Positions 8,322 through 17,861 of a stretch of 32,000 nt of DNA are shown here, piece by piece. Position 1 is the stretch's first letter. Each line of letters begins with the position of its first letter. Both the position numbers and the translations under genes were made by a program. Where the stretch lies: positions 1-32,000 of the forward strand of contig SFKP01000004.1 in assembly GCA_004553715.1 (NCBI GenBank). The letters run 5' to 3'. The notes under the pieces are model-generated. The model was not told where the DNA came from and ran no database searches. It saw only the letters and a program-made list of their open reading frames with translations. The stretch is from Clostridiales bacterium. Its GTDB lineage: Bacteria; Bacillota; Clostridia; TANB77; CAG-508.

Positions 8322-9207
8322 TTGGAGCAAGTTTCTATAACCAATTCTTTATTCTCAACTATTAATGATTTATTTTCTAGCCTTTTTTCATCTATTGATA
8401 ATCAAATTTATTACACTTTAGATGATTTAGTTTTTACAAATTTAAAAGTTTTTACTGAATCTTCTATTGTAAAGTTTTTTGGTTCTGCAACTGACCCTCG
8501 GCCTTATTTTGATTTGTAATTCACTTCTTACAGGTTTTGCCTTATATTATTGTATAACACTTATATTATCTCATATTACATATTCGCAAGTTCAAAGGCC
8601 ATCACAGTTTGTTTTCAAGCTAATACTTTGTTGTTTTTTTATAAACTTTTCTAAATCGTTTTGCTTCTACCTTATAAATATCAATTATTTCTTTTCTCTT
8701 GCAATCAGAAGCTTAGGAGAAGAAGTTCTTGGCACTGAAATTTGTTTTACAAATTTTATTAATCATATAAATACTTTGTTCCCTGTTACTTCCGGAAATT
8801 TTAATCTTTTTTCCTTTGATGGGCTAATTAGAGCGTTAATGTCTATTGGTTTTATTAACTTGGTTTTATCATATTCTCTACGATATATTATGATTGAAGT
8901 GTTTTGTTTAATCTCCCCTTTTGCCATAATCACTCTTATTATAGATAAGTGTAGCTGGTTTTTCAAAGCTTGGATTAAAGCCTTTTTGTCATTACTTTTC
9001 CTTCAAATTTTAGTTGCATTTATTTTACTTATTGCTTTTTCTTTAGAGAGGCTTGAAAATTCAACCTTTGTTTCTCTTTTATACATCGGCTCCATTTATG
9101 CATTAATAAGAGCAAATTCTTTTATTCGAGATTTGATGGGTGGCTTATCTACTGATGTAAGTGCTAACATACCTTCCATAAAGTCTTTATTTACTAAAAA
9201 TTATTAA
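8322..9207 (+). CDS. VirB6/TrbL-like polytopic membrane protein, interrupted by a +1 frame break at CGG 8499..8501
   Basis: ORF 8322..8519 (TTG start, SD 'taggagg') and ORF 8479..9207 (no SD of its own) join into one 294-aa protein with at least 5 TM helices if C8499 is skipped: '..FFGSATDP|GLILICNSLLTGFALYY..'. The architecture and operon position fit VirB6/TrbL-type T4SS channel subunits. The family assignment rests on topology and context only. Confidence 0.45.
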
Positions 9208-9225
9208 AAAAGAAAGGAGTATTAA

Positions 9226-9507
9226 ATGTGCTTTATTTTCCCACAAAATTATTCTTTTAAAAATAAATTGTTTGGTTTTATTGACTATACAACTGTTATT
9301 TTTAATTTATTTTTATATTTAATTATATTTTTATTAGTCAGATGCCTTCCTTTTACCTTCATTTTTAAATTATCTATTTTTATTACTTTTACATTTCCAT
9401 TTTTCTTGTTTAGTGTTTTTGGTTTTAACAATGAAAATATCGTTTATTTCCTTTTTTATATGATAAAATTTGTAAAAAATAGAAAAGTATATTTTTTTAG
9501 TAAATAA
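9226..9507 (+). CDS. PrgI/TcpE (VirB3-like) family small membrane protein candidate
   Basis: 93 aa. 'FKNKLFGFIDYTTVIFNLFLYLIIFLL' resembles the 'K..fG.lt.rQ.i' start of PrgI-family proteins, and two TM helices follow. It sits where PrgI/VirB3 normally immediately precedes VirB4. SD is 'aaaggag'. Confidence 0.35.
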   Translation: MCFIFPQNYSFKNKLFGFIDYTTVIFNLFLYLIIFLLVRCLPFTFIFKLSIFITFTFPFFLFSVFGFNNENIVYFLFYMIKFVKNRKVYFFSK

Positions 9508-9510
9508 CAT

Positions 9511-9539
9511 TTGTAAAATTCAAGTTTAAATGATATAAT
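9511..9539 (+). promoter_or_regulatory. sigma-A promoter with extended -10 for the dnaD-like/dnaC-like pair
   Basis: TTGTAA (9511..9516), a 17-nt spacer, then TATAAT (9534..9539), with TG two nucleotides upstream of the -10 hexamer (TGaTATAAT). Confidence 0.5.
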
Positions 9540-9570
9540 TTATGCATCTTATAACCTAGGAGAATAAAAA

Positions 9571-10536
9571 ATGAAACTTGAAAAAAATGATGATTCAATG
9601 CTATTTTCACGCACCGAAATACCTGATGTTTTTTTTACAGAATATTTATCACAGGCAAGTGGAGATGCAATAAAAGTATATCTATGCCTTATCTTTTTAT
9701 CAAAATATGATAAGGATATTAAATTAAATGACTTATCTAAAAAGTTAAATCTTTCTTTTGCAACTATCCAAGCTGCTCTTACCTTTTGGGAAGAACTTGG
9801 AGTAGTGACAAAAAAAGTTAATGGATATGTTTTAAATAATCTTCAAGAAATTGAATTACATAAAGCTTACGTTCCAAATTTAACTTTATCTAAAGAGAAA
9901 ATTTTAGATAATGAAAAAAGTAAATATCGTGCAACTGCTATTGAAAGCATTAATAATCAATATTTTCAAGGAATAATGTCTCCTTCTTGGTACAGTAATA
10001 TTGATTTATGGTTTAAAAAATATGGCTTTGATGAACAGGTTATGATGGCTCTTTTTGAATATTGTTTTAATAAATCTGCTTTGCATAAGAACTATGTACA
10101 AGCTGTTGCTGAAGGCTGGGCTAGTCACAATATACAATCTTATAATGATTTAGAAAATTATTTTCAACAATATGATAATTTAAATAAAGTTAAAAAGGCT
10201 ATTGCTAAAAAACTTGGTCGATATACACCTTTTACGCAATTTGAATCTGATTACATAGAAAAGTGGTTTTTAGATTACAACTATTCTTTAGATATTATTA
10301 ATATCGCTTTAAAGAAAACAACATCCAAAACTAATCCAAATTTTGAATATTTAGATAAAATTATTTCTGATTGGCATGATAGGAATTTAAAAACTGTCGA
10401 AGATATTGAAAAGTTTATGGCAGAATATAAAACTCAAACAAAAAATGAAAAAGCATTAAAGAAACAAACCAATTATAATAATTACACAAAAAGGAAATAT
10501 GATAACTTAGATAATTTTTACACAAATAATGCGTAA
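9571..10536 (+). CDS. DnaD-domain replication protein (DnaD/DnaB-like primosome component)
   Basis: An N-terminal winged-helix-like region is followed by two DnaD-type repeats: 'W..YGF....M.ALFEYCF.K.......YV.AVAEGW....I.S' and 'IEKWF..Y.YSLDIINIALKKT.........YLDKIISDWHDRNLKT'. Confidence 0.7.
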   Translation: MKLEKNDDSMLFSRTEIPDVFFTEYLSQASGDAIKVYLCLIFLSKYDKDIKLNDLSKKLNLSFATIQAALTFWEELGVVTKKVNGYVLNNLQEIELHKAYVPNLTLSKEKILDNEKSKYRATAIESINNQYFQGIMSPSWYSNIDLWFKKYGFDEQVMMALFEYCFNKSALHKNYVQAVAEGWASHNIQSYNDLENYFQQYDNLNKVKKAIAKKLGRYTPFTQFESDYIEKWFLDYNYSLDIINIALKKTTSKTNPNFEYLDKIISDWHDRNLKTVEDIEKFMAEYKTQTKNEKALKKQTNYNNYTKRKYDNLDNFYTNNA

Positions 10537-10567
10537 ATGTATTTCTTAAAATGGAGGTACAAAGTTT

Positions 10568-11563
10568 ATGAACAATTCTGATTTTCAAAAAATCTTACAA
10601 GAATATGAAAAAAGGCATATACAAGAAGTTAAAGCTCTTGAAGAAAGAAAATCTAAAATATATAAAGAAATTCCTAAAATTAAAGAAATTGATGAAGAGC
10701 TTACTGATTTTTCACTTATTACAATCAAAGGAATTTTAAATAATAAAAATGATGCTATAAAAGCTTTAAATGATAAATTCGATACCTTAAAATTAGAAAA
10801 AGCCAAATTATTAAAAGAAGCAGGCTTTCCTAAAGATTTTTTGTCTATGCATTATACCTGTCCTCTTTGCAAAGATTCTGGTTATATTTCTCAAGATGGT
10901 CTTACTGTTATGTGTAGTTGCTTGCAACAAAAAATACTTGATGCAAAATATAATGATTCAAATGTTTCTACTGCAAAAAATCAAACATTTGAAACTTTTG
11001 ATTTAAATCTATATTCAGATGTAGCAAATAAAGAAAAATATAATTCTACAATATCACCTCGTAAAAATATGGAGAATATTAAAAAAGTTACTTTAAATTT
11101 CGTAGATAATTTTGATGATGAAAATGTTAAAAATCTATTGTTTTCTGGTGGTACAGGGCTTGGCAAAACTTATCTTTCAAACTGCATTGTCTCTAGCTTA
11201 TTAAATAAAGGGAAAACTGTTATTTACCAAACAGCTCCTGTTATGTTAGATAAATTAATTGCAGAAATGTTTGATAAAAACAATGTATCTAATTCTTTTT
11301 CTGAAAATTTATTAACAGCAGATTTGCTTGTTATTGACGATTTAGGTACAGAAACAATGAATAGCCTTAAATTTTCTGAATTATATAAAATCATTAATAC
11401 ACGATTATTAAATCAAAATAATAAAGTTACTAAAACTATTATTTCTACAAATTTAAGTCTTCAACAATTGTTTGAAACTTATGATGAAAGGCTTGTTTCT
11501 CGTTTTGTTGGGCATTATGATATTTTTAAATTCTTTGGTGAAGATATAAGATTTAAACATTAG
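10568..11563 (+). CDS. DnaC/DnaI-type helicase loader (IstB-like AAA+ ATPase) with N-terminal zinc-binding motif
   Basis: Contains 'CPLCKDSGY......CSC', then Walker A 'FSGGTGLGKTYL', Walker B 'LLVIDDLGTE' and sensor 'IISTNL'. It lies directly downstream of the DnaD-domain gene, as in clostridial replication-loader pairs. Confidence 0.75.
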   Translation: MNNSDFQKILQEYEKRHIQEVKALEERKSKIYKEIPKIKEIDEELTDFSLITIKGILNNKNDAIKALNDKFDTLKLEKAKLLKEAGFPKDFLSMHYTCPLCKDSGYISQDGLTVMCSCLQQKILDAKYNDSNVSTAKNQTFETFDLNLYSDVANKEKYNSTISPRKNMENIKKVTLNFVDNFDDENVKNLLFSGGTGLGKTYLSNCIVSSLLNKGKTVIYQTAPVMLDKLIAEMFDKNNVSNSFSENLLTADLLVIDDLGTETMNSLKFSELYKIINTRLLNQNNKVTKTIISTNLSLQQLFETYDERLVSRFVGHYDIFKFFGEDIRFKH

Positions 11564-11623
11564 AACAAAATAGGCATAATTAAAATATTATAACTTTTAT
11601 TAAAATCTAATCCAACAAAAAAT

Positions 11624-11646
11624 AAAGTGGAAAACTTTTCCACTTT
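11624..11646. terminator. bidirectional hairpin between the dnaC-like gene (+) and ileS (-)
   Basis: The sequence 'aaagtgg-aaaactttt-ccacttt' is embedded in A-runs on the 5' side and T-runs on the 3' side. Confidence 0.55.
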
Positions 11647-11662
11647 ATTTTTTCGTTTATTT

Positions 11663-14437
11663 TTACATATTCTTCATTACTTCGCTACATCTATGGCATA
11701 TTGTTGGGTTTTCCTTATCTTCTCCTACTGTTGTAGAATACATCCAACATCTTTCACATTTTTCTCCGTCTGCCTGAACTACTTTTATTTCTAGCTCTTT
11801 ATTTCCTTGTTTTTCTTCTACTTCTAAATCAGAAACTATAAATACTGTTTTTAATAATTCTTGATTTTCTTTGATGAAGCTGTATAATGGGTTTTCTATA
11901 AAAATTGTTATTTTTGCATTTAATGAATGTCCTACTATTTTTTCGGCTCTTGCTTTCTCAATTTCTTTTGCAACTTCTTCTTTTATTTTTACTATCTTTG
12001 CCCATTTTTCTCTAATTTCTATATTATCATATTCTGGTACTAATTCTGGATATGTTGTAAGCATAACACTTTCTACATTTTCAGAATCTAAGTGTGGCAT
12101 AAAGTCCCAAATCTCTTCGGCTGTATAACTTGTAAGTGGTGCTAATATTTTTACTAATGCATTTAATATAATATACATTGCTGTTTGTGCAGATCTTCTC
12201 TTTCTGTCTTTTGCCTTTTCTGTATATAATCTGTCTTTTATAATATCCAAATAGAAATTGCTCATATCTATTACGCAGAATGTATTGATTGCTTGATATG
12301 CTTCGTGGAAATTATATTTATCATAACTTTCTGTGCATTTTCTAATTAAATCATTTAATCTTAATAATGCATATCTATCAATTTCTTCTAAATCTTTATA
12401 TTCTACCCAATCTTCTTTTATATCAAAATCTGAAGTATTGCCTAAAATATATCTTGCTGTATTTCTTATTTTTCTATAAACTTCTGATACCTGTTTTAAG
12501 ATATCTCTAGATAAATTTACATCTGATTGATAGTCTGATGAAAGTACCCATAATCTTAAAATATCTGCCCCATATTCATTGACTATTTGTTGTGGTTTTA
12601 TTCCATTTCCTAATGATTTGGACATTTTTTTGCCCTCTTCATCTATTGTCCATCCATGTGTTAAGACTTCTTTATATGGCGCAACTCCTGCTGTTGCAGT
12701 AGAAATTAATAATGATGATTGGAACCATCCTCTATATTGGTCTGCTCCCTCTAAATATAGGTCTGCTGGGAATGATAATCCTCTATCTATTACTACACTT
12801 TTATAAGTAGAGCCTGAATCAAACCATACGTCCATTATATCTGTTTCTTTTTTGAAAGTATTGTTTCCGCAGCATTTACAGGTTGCTCCTTCTGGCATCA
12901 ATTCTTTTTCAGAAAGATCCCACCAAGCGTTTGTGCCTTGTTCCCTAACGATTTCTTGAATTTTTTCAATTGATTCTTCTGTTATATATTCTTTCCCACA
13001 TTCTTTACAGTAAAATACAGGAATTGGAACTCCCCATGTTCTTTGTCTTGAGATACACCAGTCATTTCTTTCTTGTATCATATTAGTAATTCTTTCTTTT
13101 CCCCAACCTGGGTTCCAAATAACTTTTCTAGCTTCTTCAATTGCTTTATCTCTAAATTTATTTACACTACAGAACCATTGCTCTGTTGCTCTAAATATTA
13201 TTGGATTTTTACATCTCCAACAATGAGGATATGAGTGATTCAATTTTTGTTTATGAAGCAAGAATCCTTCTTTATCAAGCCATTCTATAATTTTGTCATT
13301 TGACTCATCATATTTTAATCCTTTAAATATACCTGCTTCAGCTGTTTGATATCCTTTTCCATCCACTGCAACAACTATTTCTAATCCATTTTTCATTCCA
13401 CACAAATAGTCTTCTTTACCATAGCCAGGTGCAGTATGTACTGCTCCTGTACCTGTTGATAAATCAACAACTATAGTGTCATCGCTTCCTAAAACTACTC
13501 TTGACTCTCTCTCAATAAATGGGTGCATACAAATTACACCTTCTAATTCATTTCCTTTTATTGTTTTAATTGTTTTATAGTTTTCTATATGCGCTTTTTC
13601 CATTACATTTTCTACAAGTTCTTTTGCAATTATTAATTTTTCTGCTTCTGTTTCTACAATTGAATAATCAAAATCTCCACCTATTGTAATTCCAACATTT
13701 CCTGGTAATGTCCATGGCGTTGTTGTCCAAATTACGAAAAATGTATTTTCTTTATCAAATAATCCCTTTGAATCTTTTATTGGGAATTTTACGAATATTG
13801 ATGTTGTATCTACATCTTTATATTCAATCTCTGCTTCTGCTAAAGCTGTTTCGCAATCTGTACACCAATATACTGGTTTTAATCCTTTATATAAATATCC
13901 TTTTTGATACATTTGACCAAATATCCCTATTTGTGATGCTTCCATTTGTGGGTCATATGTAATATATGGATTTTCCCAATCTGCTAATACACCAATTCTT
14001 TTAAATCCTTCTGTTTGTTTATCTTTATAGTCACTTGTAAATTCTTTACAAGTATCTCTAAATTGAGAAACAGGTATTTTCTCTCTATCTAATCCTAGTT
14101 TTTCTATAGCCTTCTTTTCCGTAGGCATTCCATGTGTATCATATCCAGGAATAAAAGGAGTATAATATCCTTTTAAGTTTTTATATCTAACTACTGTATC
14201 TTTTAATATTTTATTTAATGCATGTCCTATATGAATTTCGCCATTTGCATAAGGAGGTCCATCGTGTAAAACAAACGAAGTCTTTCCTTCATTCTTTTTT
14301 AGCATTTTTTCATATAAATCATTATTAAATACTTTTTCTAATATTTCTGGTTCTCTTTCTGGTAAACTTGCTCTCATCGGAAAATCTGTTTTTGGCAAAT
14401 TTAATGTTTTTCCATAATCTTTTTTCTCTTCCTGCAT
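11663..14437 (-). CDS. ileS: isoleucine--tRNA ligase
   Basis: 924 aa with 'PPYANGEIHIGHALNK' (HIGH), 'KMSKSLGN' (KMSKS), the CP1 editing region and C-terminal Cys clusters ('CERCW...CHRC'). The ATG overlaps the gyrA stop (TAATG). Confidence 0.95.
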   Translation of the reverse strand: MQEEKKDYGKTLNLPKTDFPMRASLPEREPEILEKVFNNDLYEKMLKKNEGKTSFVLHDGPPYANGEIHIGHALNKILKDTVVRYKNLKGYYTPFIPGYDTHGMPTEKKAIEKLGLDREKIPVSQFRDTCKEFTSDYKDKQTEGFKRIGVLADWENPYITYDPQMEASQIGIFGQMYQKGYLYKGLKPVYWCTDCETALAEAEIEYKDVDTTSIFVKFPIKDSKGLFDKENTFFVIWTTTPWTLPGNVGITIGGDFDYSIVETEAEKLIIAKELVENVMEKAHIENYKTIKTIKGNELEGVICMHPFIERESRVVLGSDDTIVVDLSTGTGAVHTAPGYGKEDYLCGMKNGLEIVVAVDGKGYQTAEAGIFKGLKYDESNDKIIEWLDKEGFLLHKQKLNHSYPHCWRCKNPIIFRATEQWFCSVNKFRDKAIEEARKVIWNPGWGKERITNMIQERNDWCISRQRTWGVPIPVFYCKECGKEYITEESIEKIQEIVREQGTNAWWDLSEKELMPEGATCKCCGNNTFKKETDIMDVWFDSGSTYKSVVIDRGLSFPADLYLEGADQYRGWFQSSLLISTATAGVAPYKEVLTHGWTIDEEGKKMSKSLGNGIKPQQIVNEYGADILRLWVLSSDYQSDVNLSRDILKQVSEVYRKIRNTARYILGNTSDFDIKEDWVEYKDLEEIDRYALLRLNDLIRKCTESYDKYNFHEAYQAINTFCVIDMSNFYLDIIKDRLYTEKAKDRKRRSAQTAMYIILNALVKILAPLTSYTAEEIWDFMPHLDSENVESVMLTTYPELVPEYDNIEIREKWAKIVKIKEEVAKEIEKARAEKIVGHSLNAKITIFIENPLYSFIKENQELLKTVFIVSDLEVEEKQGNKELEIKVVQADGEKCERCWMYSTTVGEDKENPTICHRCSEVMKNM

Positions 14438-16869
14438 TATTCTTCCTCCTTATCCGTTATCTTTTCTATACTTACAACTTTTCCTTCGTTTGTTCTCATT
14501 AATGTTACACCTTGTGTTGATCTTCCTAAAACGCTTATTTCCTTAACATTAATTCTAATAATTGTGCCTGTATCTGTTATAAGCATAACATCGTCATCTT
14601 CTCTAACAATTCTTATTCCTACTATATTTCCTGTTTTTGGTGTTACTTTGTATGTTATTACTCCTTTTCCGCCTCTTGTTTGTACTCTATATTCATCTAG
14701 CTCAGTTCTTTTCCCAAATCCGTTTTCTGTAATTGCAAGAAGTGTTTCCTTGCTTCCTGCAATGATTGATTCCATACCAATTACAGAATCTTCTTCATCT
14801 AATCTTATTCCAATAACACCTTGTGATACTCTTCCCATTGGTCTTACATCTTTTTCACTAAATGTAATAGACATTCCTTCTTTTGTTACAAGAACTACAT
14901 TGTCTTCACCATCAGTTAATCTTACACCAATTAATTCATCATTTTCTTTTAGTGTTATTGATAATAATCCTGTTTTTCGTGCTGAATTATATTCACTTAG
15001 TGCTGTCTTTTTAATAATACCATTTTTTGTTGCAAATAATAAATATTTTCCTTCTGCAAAGTTTTGTATTGGAATAATTGCAGATATTTTTTCTCCTGGG
15101 TCTAAGCGTAGCAAATTTACTATTGCTGTTCCTTTTGCAATTCTTCCTGCCTCTGGTATTTCATATCCTCTTAGTCTATATAATTTTCCTTTATTACTAA
15201 AGAATAATATTGTATCATGAGTTGATGCTGTAAATATTTCTTTTACAAAATCTTCCTCTCTTGTTGCAATACCTGTTATTCCTTTCCCTCCTCTTTTTTG
15301 GCTTCTATATGTATCTATTGGCATTCTTTTTATATATCCAAAATGTGTTAAAGCAATAACTGTTTGTTCTTCTTTAATTAAATCTTCTATTTCAAATTCG
15401 CCTTCTGCTGCAACAATTTTTGTTTTTCTTTCATCTCCGTACTTTTCTTTTACTTGTAGCAATTCTTCTTTAATAATGTTATATACTAAGGTTTCGCTTG
15501 ATAAAACTTCTTTTAAATATGCAATTAATTTCATTAATTCATTGTATTCTTCTTCAATTTTCTCTCTTTGCAATCCTGATAATGTTTTTAATCTCATATC
15601 TAAAATTGCTTGTGCTTGAATTTCTGAAAGTCCAAATCTTGCCATTAATTTTTCTTTAGCATCATCATAAGCATTTCTAATAATATTAATTACTTCATCT
15701 ATATTGTCTAATGCTATTTTTAATCCCTCTAAAATATGAGCTCTAGCTTCTGCTTTATCTAAATCGAATTGAGTTCTTCTTAAAACTACATGACGTCTAT
15801 GTTCTATATAATGGTCTAAGCACTCTCTTAGCGTTAATATTTTTGGCTCTCCATTTACTAATGCAAGCATTATTATTCCAAAAGTATCTTGCATCTGAGT
15901 ATTTTTATATAATAAATTTAAAATAACATTTGCATTTGCATCTCTTTTTAATTCTACAACAATTCTAACTTTTTCTTCTCTATCTGATTCATCTCTTATT
16001 GCAGAAATTCCTTCTATTTTCTTTTCTTTAGCTAAGTTTGCTATATTTTCAATTAATCTCGCTTTATTTACTTGGTATGGAAGTGATGTTACAACTATTC
16101 TTTGTTTTCCTCCAGACATTTCTTCTATTTCTGCTTCTGCTCTTAAGGTTATTTTCCCTCTACCTGTAGTATATGCTTGTTTAATTCCTTCTCTTCCTAG
16201 AATTGTTGCACCTGTAGGGAAATCTGGTCCTTTTATAATTGCCATTAATTCTTCGTCTGTTACATTATCTTCTTCAATAATTTTTATAATTCCATTTATA
16301 ACTTCTGTTAAATTATGTGGTGGAATATTTGTTGCCATACCTACGGCTATACCTGATGAGCCATTTACTAAAAGTGCTGGTATTTGTGCCGGTAAAACTG
16401 TTGGTTCTTGCAACCTATCATCATAGTTTGGCATAAAATTAACAGTATTTTTTTCTATATCTGTTAGCATAAGTTGAGCAATTTTTGACATTCTTGCTTC
16501 TGTATAACGGTAAGCAGCAGGTGGATCGCCATCTATTGAACCAAAATTCCCATGTCCATCTACCAATGTATATCTTAATGAGAAGTCTTGTGCCATTCTA
16601 ACTAAAGCATCATAAACAGAAGAGTCTCCGTGTGGATGGTATCTTCCTAAAACATCTCCTACTGTTGTCGCACATTTTCTATATGGTTTATCTGGTGTAA
16701 AACCATCTTCATGCATTGTATATAAAATTCTTCTATGCACTGGTTTTAATCCATCTCTTACATCTGGCAATGCACGAGCAACAATAACACTCATTGCATA
16801 GTCGATATAAGCTGTTCTCATTTCTTTTTCAATATCTCTTTGTATGATATTTTCTTCGTTATTTTCCAT
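14437..16869 (-). CDS. gyrA: DNA gyrase subunit A
   Basis: 810 aa with '[12 protein letters not shown]', the active-site region '[10 protein letters not shown]' and C-terminal beta-pinwheel repeats. The QRDR reads '[17 protein letters not shown]', the wild-type Ser/Asp pattern. Confidence 0.95.
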   Translation of the reverse strand: MENNEENIIQRDIEKEMRTAYIDYAMSVIVARALPDVRDGLKPVHRRILYTMHEDGFTPDKPYRKCATTVGDVLGRYHPHGDSSVYDALVRMAQDFSLRYTLVDGHGNFGSIDGDPPAAYRYTEARMSKIAQLMLTDIEKNTVNFMPNYDDRLQEPTVLPAQIPALLVNGSSGIAVGMATNIPPHNLTEVINGIIKIIEEDNVTDEELMAIIKGPDFPTGATILGREGIKQAYTTGRGKITLRAEAEIEEMSGGKQRIVVTSLPYQVNKARLIENIANLAKEKKIEGISAIRDESDREEKVRIVVELKRDANANVILNLLYKNTQMQDTFGIIMLALVNGEPKILTLRECLDHYIEHRRHVVLRRTQFDLDKAEARAHILEGLKIALDNIDEVINIIRNAYDDAKEKLMARFGLSEIQAQAILDMRLKTLSGLQREKIEEEYNELMKLIAYLKEVLSSETLVYNIIKEELLQVKEKYGDERKTKIVAAEGEFEIEDLIKEEQTVIALTHFGYIKRMPIDTYRSQKRGGKGITGIATREEDFVKEIFTASTHDTILFFSNKGKLYRLRGYEIPEAGRIAKGTAIVNLLRLDPGEKISAIIPIQNFAEGKYLLFATKNGIIKKTALSEYNSARKTGLLSITLKENDELIGVRLTDGEDNVVLVTKEGMSITFSEKDVRPMGRVSQGVIGIRLDEEDSVIGMESIIAGSKETLLAITENGFGKRTELDEYRVQTRGGKGVITYKVTPKTGNIVGIRIVREDDDVMLITDTGTIIRINVKEISVLGRSTQGVTLMRTNEGKVVSIEKITDKEEE

Positions 16870-17135
16870 ATTGTCCCCTCTCTTTTATACGATAGTAAAA
16901 CTAATTTTACTTTTTCAGATAGACATTCCTTTGCCTACCTCCTACAATTAAACCTACATTTTGTCGTTCTTTTTTCAAAAATTATTTTACACTATCTTTC
17001 TTAGCATTTATTACTTCTTTTAATGCCTTTTTAACATTTATTAATTATATATTAACATCAAGCATTTTGCAAGGATTTTTTGCTATTTTTTTCTAGGGAA
17101 CTAGTAATTTCATAAATATTTTTTAACCTTTATTT

Positions 17136-17861
17136 TTAATAATTTGAAAGCATTTTACAAAGCTCTTTTTGTTCTTCGGAAAGTTCAAAACTCTTTCCAT
17201 TTTCTTTTATGTATTCATGAAGAGTTTCTACTTCTTTTGCTGCATTTATTGTTTTTTCTATTGGTACAACCTTTTCCATATATTCAGTTATTTTTTTATA
17301 CTGATATTCCATATTTGTAAAATTTTCTTCTTCATAATACTTATACCATTTTTCTATATATTTATCTATTTTTTCTACAGCCTCTACTTGGTCTTCTAAA
17401 GTACTATCTATTCCATTTTTTATATTTTTCATTATTTCTTTTTTTCCACTTTTTATCATTTTAGCTGTGCTTGAAGATATTAGTTTGCTCTTTTGTGCCC
17501 ATGTTATTGCCGTGTCTAACACATCAGACATTGTATCAATTAAACCACCTTTTTCAATAGCTTTTTTGATTTGTGCGATACTATCAAATTCTCCTGAAAA
17601 AATTCCTAAAAAACTTTTCCCTAAGTTAATTGCTTTATCTATGGCTACCTCTGTTGCCTCTTTAAATCCATTATTAATTAATGCATCTTTTATTTCTATA
17701 ATATCATCTTCTACAACATCTGGAAGTACTATTCTTAATCCAAAATTTACACCATTATTTATAGCTTTACCGATATTAGTTTGCAAAAATGAATTTTGTT
17801 TACTTTCAAATTCTAGCTCTTCTGATTTTGTTAAATTATTTTCAATTAATTGATTCTGCAT
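17136..17861 (-). CDS. hypothetical protein, predicted soluble and largely alpha-helical, no family recognised
   Basis: 241-aa ORF with SD 'aaaaggag' 7 nt upstream of the ATG at 17861. It overlaps the stop of the upstream ATPase gene by 20 nt, so the two are in one operon. I see no TM segment or signal peptide. The plus-strand ORFs 17169.., 17467.. and 17789.. are shadows. Confidence 0.5.
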   Translation of the reverse strand: MQNQLIENNLTKSEELEFESKQNSFLQTNIGKAINNGVNFGLRIVLPDVVEDDIIEIKDALINNGFKEATEVAIDKAINLGKSFLGIFSGEFDSIAQIKKAIEKGGLIDTMSDVLDTAITWAQKSKLISSSTAKMIKSGKKEIMKNIKNGIDSTLEDQVEAVEKIDKYIEKWYKYYEEENFTNMEYQYKKITEYMEKVVPIEKTINAAKEVETLHEYIKENGKSFELSEEQKELCKMLSNY

